Below, in pieces: positions 54,301-64,000 of a stretch of DNA of 64,000 nucleotides. The DNA is taken from contig OY986948.1 of the NCBI GenBank assembly GCA_963920595.1, positions 2,294,001 through 2,358,000 on the forward strand. Direction: 5' to 3'. A model generated the notes under the pieces. That model was not told the DNA's origin. It made no database searches and was given only the letters and a program-made list of their open reading frames with translations. Position 1 is the first letter of the stretch, and the number at the start of each line of letters is the position of its first letter. Position numbers and translations under genes: made by a program. Source of the stretch: Eimeria praecox. Its lineage: Eukaryota.

Positions 54301-57300
54301 AATGGCTCACCAACCAATACGCTAGAAGCAAGCTAAATCGCAAAACGTACAACTGTTCCATAGCGCCTACAGTGGTCCCTCCCTAACCCTGGAAAATGCG
54401 GGGGCACTCATCCCGCACAAACAAGTAAATTAACGTGCATGTAAGAAGCCTCAAATGGAGGGATTCCGCTTGCTCTCGACACTGACGCTACAAGGAAAAG
54501 CACGTCTCCACTTCGGGAATTGAACCGATGCTCTCGCACCAAACTAAGAGCTCATGAACCGTCTCACTGAACTAGCTGACAACTAAGGACGGTGGGATCG
54601 AAAACATGGCCAGCAGCTTCCGGTTTGCTGTTTCAAACGGTTTCCGCCCTGCAACTAACAGTCAACCAAAGACGGCGGAGGGCAGCAAAGTGCAGGAGCT
54701 ATTCAGCGCCTACTAATCAGTTGGTGCTGGTTGCAACTTGTGCATAGCGGCACCTAAACAAGTCCTCAAGCGAAATGGTACAAAATCACCGCTTGTTGAA
54801 GTTACGGCTTAATCTAAGTGCTTGCTTGCCGCATACGTATGTGCAACCTGCCTTCAACCTACACGATTCCATTAAACAACCACACGTTCCCGCACCTCCT
54901 GCATCAGAGCATAGTTCCTACGATAATGACCGTGCTTCACAAGCGCTTGCTTGTTCGTCTGATGCCCTCCGGTGCTTCTCCCGGTCATCATCACCTCTCA
55001 CACAAACGTAAAACAAGCAACCTGGCATACTAGCCTGCGTCTGCTCCCTTTACGGCCACACACATGTATCGGAACGGCTTCATGGCATCGCACCGCCAAC
55101 ACACCAGGGTAAACAAACTGAATCACGCAGTTCAGTGTCACTTTCTGAGCACCTCAGCTCCACAATACCATGCCCGACAAAGCCTTAGCACTAGCTGTGA
55201 ACAGGCAGGTATTAGCGGTAAGGGTGTTGCACAGACAAACTCTACAAAATGAGGCACGCCCAGATTCTGCCTCCCATTCTGCCCTGCGGCACTACACAGG
55301 TGACAACCTACAAGGCCATCAACCAACAACGCTAAAGCCACCCTGAGCTCCGACTCTGAAAATATCTGCTGCCAAAGTTGGACAAGCCACACCCTTGTTG
55401 CGGCCGCCGAGCGAGATCACAATGCGCTGGCTCTACAATGCATCTCGCTCTTGGAAAATCGCAACTGACCTCTTTGTCAACAGCTGAGGGAACAACCGGC
55501 CTTTACACTCAACAAGTCCGCAAGTGCCCGACTGAGAAATTCTGTATGCGTAACAAGCATGCGACCCTTTGAAATTTGACCGGGCATCTGCGGAGACTTG
55601 ACTCACAAACTGCGTCCAGTGCCTCCAAGCAACATCTGACCCGAAATAAAGCTCTTTACCATCTCGTCTGAGCCACTAAATTCGCAAGGCCTAGTCGTTG
55701 CTATGAGGAAATCCTGCTGCATGGATCCGCACTAATTATGCTTCGCTTTGGGCGATTCACAACACTTGCGCACCTGCCCTACCAGCGCGCGTATATCAAC
55801 GCCCGCCGGGCACAAAAGCTGGTCCATCAAGCCACAGGCACACACACGCACATATATGTCAAGCAAAGCTCACACGCCAATTGGTGCAACTGCAGGAAAC
55901 AGACCTGGCTTGACAGGCACCAAAACGCTGCCGCATATAAGCAGGAAATCCCGTTATGCAGAGGTAGGTATATCATGCGTAGCAAAGCTCGCTTCTCCAA
56001 TGTTTGCGATCCCCTTTTCGCATAGATGCCTGTGAATGAGCTGGTCAGAAATCGAAGGGTCAAGCTGAAATTTAGGCTTGCCTTCAGGAAATCTCTACTC
56101 TGAACTAGGACCGCAGCCCTCACCTCACCACAATGCAGGTTATAGAGGCTGCCCAAACACTGGGGTGACCAGGGCTGCATGCTGCAGATGCAATGCCTGA
56201 TCTTCATGCTTTCGCATCGCTTTAGCCGCTGCCCGCACCCTTGAATCCTTTTGGAACGATGGCAAATCCGCGACTCCCCGGCTACATAATGTAGGTGACC
56301 CGCTCCAGACACCAACTCACGTTCTGCAGTAACACATCATTCGTGTAGGGGCATGCTCTGTCATGTGCTTTGACGTGCGCACAGCCAGTTATTCTCCCAG
56401 CGAACCGTTGGCATTACGCTCAGCAGATGAAATCTACACCCATATCTCATGTACTCTCCATCCAAGTCCTCGAAGACGCCTTCGGCCAACCATCACGAAA
56501 CGCTTTAACACTTGTGAGCGTACAGGCACTTCAACATATAACTAAGCATGTAACTAAGAATCGTCCAGTCAGAGATGCATGCAAAATAGGGGTACGTAGC
56601 AGCGCTCGGAAGAAAAGAAAACCCATTGTGACAGGCTATGCCCTGCCAGATTTTCGTTAGGCCCTAACTCCTGCAAAGCTGCGCCGCAAAGCCTATCAGG
56701 CCGCATGCTGACATTCTCTACAAATTCTTGTGCCTTCATCGCTGGCACACCAACTCACCATCCGCCCAAATAATTCAGGGCAGTCTTGCAGAGATCGGCT
56801 GCAACTCCCAGCTTTACCATCCATCGCAGCTGGCAACTCACACAGCCAACCAACCAACCAAAGGGGTAAACGCAAGCACAAATTGCACCTGCTTGAGCCC
56901 TGCAATGCCGTCAAACCACGCGTCCACACACGCTCTGTAAGGTCAGTCCAAGCTATGCGTCATGAAAGCTATCGCCAGGTTGTTGGTTCGTCCTCAGTGC
57001 CGCATGTTTATATCCGTTCGCACAAGAGCAGCAAACGGTATCGAGCTGAGCATGAACTAGCGGACTGTACGACCCAAAGCGTCATATCCTCCACTTCCAC
57101 TGCTAGCCGTGCACAAGGCCTTCTTAGTGGCGGGATCTGCTATGGCCGAACGCCTGCCAATAATGGAGGCAGAAATGAGTTTACACAATTGGAACGTGCC
57201 CAGCGTCCCGCGCAAGCCATTATTCATAGTGGCTGGTACGAACAAACAATGCTTGCGACCAAGTCACAGTGCCGCCTCCAGGGCCCTTCACAAGTCAAAA

Positions 57301-60300
57301 GTGAAGGGCACTAGTTAGCGGATTCGTGCTTCCTAGAACTACCAAGGGCCGCCTTGCTGTGAAGCACCGTAGTGAGCGGCTTCCACTGTAAGTTGCCGGC
57401 CCAGAAGGGCAAGCAGACAAGGAGCTGAGGAGAGCCTTTGAGGAAGCAGTGAGCAGTTCGGCACACAGCAACGCCAATGCTGTGAACAGGCCAGCAGATG
57501 CAGCATGCGCAGCTTAAAAAGGAGCCTTGTACCGTTGCCAAGGGTGTTAGTAGGATGCGCGGCAAGATTGAAGGACACGCCCATCGAAGTCCCAAACCTT
57601 CTCCGCGCGATTCCGATTCTTCACGCCGGTTTCGGGCCCGGCCATCTCGTAAATTCCGTCTTCCCAATTCACTTCAAATTCCATCCTAATGGACTAACAA
57701 CTCAAGCTGAAGCGGCACGCTCCTGCGCCTGATAGTAATGCAGCCACTAGCTGGTTTATATACCCGAGTTCCTCAGTACACCAATGCACTGAGGCGATAC
57801 CAGCGTTACTTCGAGGCGCCACAAGCACCTTCAACTGTTTTCATATGATGTTGCAAAACAACATACCTTCAGAGGGGCCGAGCAGAATTACCGTGATGAC
57901 GGTTGCACAAACGTTTCCAGATGAGGCGAACAGATCCCTCCTCAGTCAGCCGCTCAGCATCACTGCAATACCACCGCACCTATCACAACTGAATCGTCAC
58001 CTCAACTTCTGCAAGCAGAGCATCTGCATGAAAAGGACGCTGTTAGAACATCGCATTGCGACCCTTCACCGGCGGAGCAGCGTATCTTCAACTGAGTGGT
58101 GAGCGATCAACGGCATCGTCGATGGTTTGACACCCCCCTCTCTGCTGCTGCCATATATGCGCAGGGGAGCTAGATCAACATTAGTGGCGCCGGCAGCCCA
58201 ATGTATTATACCTTTCTACTCAGCTGGCGCAGCTGAGGCGGCCATGCAGGCGCGCTACTAGGATTCCGCCCTTAGTGCTGTCAGTGCTGTCTTTTGTTCT
58301 ACTGATCCAGCTTACTATCTGTTCTTCATCCCCTTACGCACGATAGCGAACGGTAGAGCGATCCTGCGGATCGTGGGACGGGAAGCAGCAACACTGAGAG
58401 AGGGGCGCTGTAAATATGTGTCGGGCCCGCAACACTGCTGCCTGCAGAAGGTCCAGCCCCCAAGAAAGCATCGCTAACACATGCCAGCGGCACGTCGGAC
58501 ACGCAGGACGGGCAAATACAAGCCTTCGGCGCCTTGCAGAGTTTCTAAAGGTCGCACAAATTCGCACATTACACACGGACGTGGCACCCAAGGACTAAAG
58601 GGCAGCCCACACGCTGCCCATTCCTGTCCGCTGGTTGCTTTGCAAGACGAAAGGCATGTCCTTGTCCTGTGATGCGTCAACCAGAGAAGCTAAACGAGCA
58701 TTTAGCAAAGACCGCACAAATCAAACAGATGCCCTACACCTCAGCTGAGACACACTGGAAACCGAGCTCTCAATTCCCAGGAATCCTTTGGCCAAATCGC
58801 TAACGCGTACAAAGCCTAACAGCAGGGTCTGACTTCCCTTGGAATGCCTTTGACTTGTGCATTGTCCAAATGTGCCACGTAATCATCTTAGATCAATTAC
58901 GCGGGAAACCTTGCATTGAGGCTTTTGACCGTCACCAGCAAATATGTGATGGGCAATGCCAAAAGGAGGAGCGCGCCTACTACCACAAAAACCTAAATGT
59001 CAGGCAAACAATCAAGGGAATTGAGCAGACCGCAACCTCAAGAACAGTGTCTATCTTCCTCCTCTTGAGATCAACCGGCGTGCAAGTTGTATGCTGCCCC
59101 CTACCAATCCTCTCAAAATAGTCCTAATAGTCCTACGGCAGCTGCTGTTGTTGTTTACCAAAACTCAGCATGGCGATGACGCACATTCTAAAACCTCATT
59201 GGACTAGGAAAGCCGCATTCAGTAGCTGACGCGTATTGAAAGCGAACGCGTGCGAAAAAAGACACACCTCCTTGCGTCCAGCCGACTTCTGTCGCATGCC
59301 TCATCCCAAGCACGAGGCCAACGTAAACCAACGGAAACACCGGGGAGCATGCTATCGCTAGTCTACACCCAAATACGCTTTGTTCTGCTTCCCTACAAAC
59401 TATTCCCTACAAACTAGCACTGATTCGCTCAAATGGCTCACCAAGCAATACGCTAGAAGCAAGCTAAATCGCAAAACGTACAACTGTTCCATAGCGCCTA
59501 CAGTGGTCCCTCCCTAACCCTGGAAAATGCGGGGGCACTCGTCCCGCACAAACAAGTAAATTAACGTGCATGTAAGAAGCCTCAAATCGGGAGATTCCGC
59601 TTGCTCTCGACACTGACGCTACAAGGAAAAGCACGTCTCCACTTCGGTAATTGAACCGATGCTCTCGCACCAAACTAAGAGCTCATGAACCGTCTCACTG
59701 AACTAGCTGACAACTAAGGACGGTGGGATCGAAAACATGGCCAGCAGCTTCCGGTTTGCTGTTTCAAACGGTTTCCGCCCTGCAACTAACAGTCAACCAA
59801 AGACGGCGGAGGGCAGCAAAGTGCAGGAGCTATTCAGCGCCTACTAATCAGTTGGTGCTGGTTGCAACTTGTGCATAGCGGCACCTAAACAAGTCCTCAA
59901 GCGAAATGGTACAAAATCACCGCTTGTTGAAGTTACAGCTTAATCTAAGTGCTTGCTTGCCGCATACGTATGTGCAACCTGCCTTCAACGTACACGATTC
60001 CATTAAACAACCAAACGTTCCCGCACCTCCTGCATCAGAGCATAGTTCCTACGATAATGACCGTGCTTCACAAGCGCTTGCTTGTTCGTCTGATGCCCTC
60101 CGGTGCTTCTCCCGGTCATCATCACCTCTCACACAGATGTAAAATAAGCAACTTGGCATACTAGCCTGCGTCTGCTCCCTTTACGGCCACACACATGTAT
60201 CGGAACGGCTTCATGGCATCGCACCGCCAACACACCAAGGTAAACAAACTGAATCACGCAGTTCGGTGTCACTTTCTGAGCACCTCAGCTCCACAATACC

Positions 60301-63300
60301 ATGCCCGACAAAGCCTTAGCACTAGCTGTGAACAGGCAGGTATTAGCGGTAAGGGTGTTGCACAGACAAACTCTACAAAATGAGGCACGCCCAGATTCTG
60401 CCTCCCATTCTGCCCTGCGGCACTACACAGGTGACAAAACTACAAGGCCATCAACCAACAACGCTAAAGCCACCCTGAGCTCCGACTCTGAAAATATCTG
60501 CTGCCAAAGTTTGACAAGCCACACCCTTGTTGCGGCCGCCGAGCGAGATCACAATGCGCTGGCTCTACAGTGCATCTCGGTCTTGGAAAATCGCAACTGA
60601 CCTCTTTGTCAACAGCTGAGGGAACAACCGGCCTTTACACTCAACAAGTCCGCAAGTGCCCGACTGAGAAATTCTGTATGCGTAACAAGCATGCGACCCT
60701 TTGAAATTTGACCGGGCATCTGCTGAGGCTTGACTCACAAACTGCGTCCAGTGCCTCCAAGCAACATCTGACCCGAAATAAAGCTGTTTACCATCTCGTC
60801 TGAGCCACTAAATTCGCAAGGCCTAGCCGTTGCTATGAGGAAATCCTGCTGCATGGATCCCCACTAATTATGCTTCACTTTGGGCGATTCACAACACTTG
60901 CGCACCTGCCCTACCAGCGCGCGTATACCAACGCCCCCCCGGCACAAAAGCTGGTCCATCAAGCCACAGGCACACACACGCACATGTATGTCAGTTAAAG
61001 CTCACACGCCAATTGGTGCAACTGCACGAAATAGACCTGGCTTGACAGGCACCAAAACGCTGCCGCATATAAGCAGGAAATCCCGTTATGCAGAGGTAGG
61101 TATATCATGCGTAGCAAAGCTCGCTTCTCCAATGTTTGCGATCCCCTTTTCGCATAGATGCCTGTTAATGAGCTGGTCAGAAATCGAAGGGTCAAGCTGA
61201 AATTTAGGCTTGCCTTCAGGAAATCTCTACTCTAAACTAGGACCGCAGCCCTCACCTCACCAAAATGCAGGTTATAGAGGCTGCCCAAACATTGTGATGA
61301 CCAGGGCTGCATGCTGCAGATGCAATGCCTGATCTACATGCTTTCACATTGCTTTAGGCGCTGCCCGCATCCTTGAATCCTTTTGGAACGATGGCAAATC
61401 CGCGACTCCCCGGCTACATAATGTAGGTGACCCGCTCCAGACACCAACTCACGTTCTGCAGTAACACAGCATTCGTGTAGGGGCATGCTCGGTCATGTGC
61501 TTTGACGTGCGCACAACCAGTTATTCTCCCAGCGAACCGTTGGCATTACGCTCAGCAGATGAAATCTACACCCATATCTCATGTACTCTCCATCCAAGTC
61601 CTCGAAGACGCCTTCGGCCAACCATCACGAAACGCTTTAACACTTGTGAGCGTACAGGCACTTCAACGTATAACTAAGCATGTAACTAAGCATCGTCCAG
61701 CCAGAGATGCATGCAAAATAAGGGTACGTAGCAGCGCTCGGAAGAAAAGAAGACCCATTGTGACAGGCTATGCCCTGCCAGATTTTCGTTAGACCCTAAC
61801 TCCTGCAAAGCTGCGCCGCAAAGCCTATCAGGCGGCATGCTGAGATTCTCTACAAATTCTTGTGCCTTCATCGCTGGCACACCAACTCACCATCCGCCCA
61901 AATAATTCAGGGCAATCTTGCAGAGATCGGCTGCAACTCCCAGCTTTACCATCCATCGCAGCTGGCAACTCACACAGCCAACCAACCCACCAACGGGGTA
62001 AACGCAAGCACAAATTGCATCTGCTTGAGCCCTGCAATGCCGTCAAACCACGCATCCACACACTTTCTGTAAGGTCAGTCCAAGCTATACGTCATGAAAG
62101 CTATCGCCAGGTTGTTGGTTCGTCCTCAGTGCCGCATGTTTATATCCGTTCGCACAAGAGCGACAAACGGTATCGAGCTGAGCATGAACTAGTGGACTGT
62201 ACGACCCAAAGCGTCATATCCTCCACTTCCACTGCTAGTCGTGCACAAGGCCTTCTTAGTGGCGGGATCAGCTATGGCCGAACGCCTGCCAATAATGGAG
62301 GCAGAAATGAGTTTACACAATTGGAACGTGCCCAGCGTCCCGCGCAAGCCATTATTCATAGTGGCTGGTACGAACAAACAATGCTTGCGACCAAGTCACA
62401 GTGTCGCCTCCAGGGCCCTTCACAAGTCAAAAGTGAAGGGCACTAGTTAGCGGATTCGTGCTTCCTAAAACTACCAAGGGCCGCCTTGCTGTGAAGCACC
62501 GTAGTGAGCGGCTTCCACTGTAAGTTGCCGGCCCAGAAGGGCAAGCAGACAAGGAGCTGAGAAGAGCCTTTGAGAAAGCAGTGAGCAGTTCGGCGCAGAG
62601 CAACGCCAATGCTGTGGACAGGCCAGCAGATGCACCATGCGCAGCTTAAAAAGGAGCCTTGTACCGTTGCCAAGGGTGTTAGTAGGATGCACGGCAAGAT
62701 TGAAGGACACGCCCATCGAAGTCCAAAACCTTCTCCGCGCGATTCCGATTCTTCACGCCGGTTTCGGGCCCGGCCATCTCGTAAATTCCGTCTTCCCAAT
62801 TCGCTTCAAATTCCATCGTAATGGACTAACAACTCAAGCTGAAGCGGCACGCTCCTGCGCCTGATAGTAATGCAGCCACTAGCTGGTTTATATAGCCGAG
62901 TTTCTCAGTACACCAATGCACTGAGGCGATACCAGCGTTACTTCGAGGCGCCACAAGCACCTTCAACTGTTTTCATATGATGCTGCAAAACAACATACCT
63001 TCTGAGGGGCCGAGCAGAATTACCATGATAACCGTTGCACAAACTCTTCCAGATGAGGCGAACAGATCCCTCCTCAGTCAGCCGCTCAGCATCACTGCAA
63101 TACCACCGCACCTATCACAACTGAATCGTCACCTCAACTTCTGCAAGCAGAGCATCTGCATGAAAAAGACGCTGTTAGAACATCGCATTGCGACCCTTCA
63201 CCGGCGGAGCAGCGTATCTTCAACTGAGTGGTGAGCGATCAACGGCATCGTCGATGGTTTGACACCCCCCTCTCTGCTGCTGCCATATATGCGCAGGGAC

Positions 63301-64000
63301 GCTAGATCAACATTAGTGGCGCCGGCAGCCCAATGTATTATACCTTTCTACTCAGCTGGCGCAGCTGAGGCGGCCATGCAGGCGCGCTACTAGGATTCCG
63401 CCCTTAGTGCTGTCAGTGCTGTCTTTTGTTCTACTGATCCAGCTTACCGCCTGTTCTTCATCCCCTTACGCACGATAGCGAACGGTAGAGCGATCCTGCG
63501 GATCGTGGGACGGGAAGCAGCAACACTGAGAGAGGGGCGCTGTAAATATGTGTCGGGCCCGCAACACTGCTGCCTGCAGAAGGTCCAGCCCCCAAGAAAG
63601 CATCGCTAACACATGCCAGCGGCACGTCGGACACGCAGGACGGGCAAATACAAGCCTTCGGCGCCTTGCAGAGTTTCTAAAGGTCGCACAAATTCGCACA
63701 TTACACACGGACGTGGCACCCAAGGACTAGTGGGCAGCCCACACGCTGCCCATTCCTGTCCGCTGGTTGCTTTGCAAGACGAAAGGCATGTCCTTGTCCT
63801 GTGATGCGTCAAGCAGAGAAGCTGAACGAGCATTTAGCAAAGACCGCACAAATCAAACAGATGCCCTACACCTCAGCTGAGACACACTGGAAACCGAGCT
63901 CTCAATTCCCAGGAATCCTTTGGCCAAATCGCTAACGCGTACAAAGCCTATCAGCAGGGTCTGACTTCCCTTGGAATGCCTTTCACTTGTGCATTGTCCA
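37276..64000 (+). repeat. Tandem macrosatellite of about 5.13-kb units (5 full + 1 partial), continuing beyond the window
   Basis: Anchor GAGGCGAT(A/T)CCAGCG recurs at 37288, 42410, 47532, 52660, 57791 and 62923 (periods 5122, 5122, 5128, 5131, 5132). The ORF track repeats with the same period and only scattered substitutions. Confidence 0.99.

Noticed and set aside
37276..64000. Array as rDNA/5S/snRNA repeat or tandem protein-gene family
   Set aside because: No conserved rRNA or snRNA motif recognised, no credible exon chain or long ORF; remnants fit a gypsy polyprotein instead.
37276..64000. Array as active retrotransposons or as an assembly artefact
   Set aside because: All copies share stops, frameshifts and lost catalytic motifs, and no LTR pair, PBS or target-site duplication was identified. 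Units carry distinct variants, which argues against artefactual duplication, though reads are needed to confirm.

Overview
Coccidian (Eimeria-type) nuclear DNA, recognisable from dense (CAG)n repeats, interstitial AAACCCT telomere-like heptamers and TGCATGCA arrays. The window has three zones. (1) 1-7.3 kb is mostly repeat-poor, with a partial minus-strand WD40-like gene and a decayed minus-strand Ty3/gypsy pol relic. (2) About 7.3-31.1 kb is a gene-rich, simple-repeat-rich segment with an OFA-type MFS transporter, a single-exon secreted protein, a membrane RING-H2 E3 ligase, an ApiAP2 transcription factor and an Ala/Glu/Lys-rich helical protein. (3) From about 31.2 kb to the end there are no recognisable genes and almost no microsatellites. 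This zone holds old, co-oriented chromovirus-like retrotransposon fossils (about 32-37.3 kb), then a head-to-tail array of near-identical 5,122-5,132 bp units (five complete plus one partial, running off the window). Reading across frameshifts by eye, each unit is a circularly permuted dead gypsy/chromovirus element (RT-RNaseH-integrase-chromo, then gag-protease-RT start). It appears to be a retrotransposon-fossil macrosatellite and is a candidate centromeric/heterochromatic locus. All homology calls are by-eye motif matches; no searches were run.
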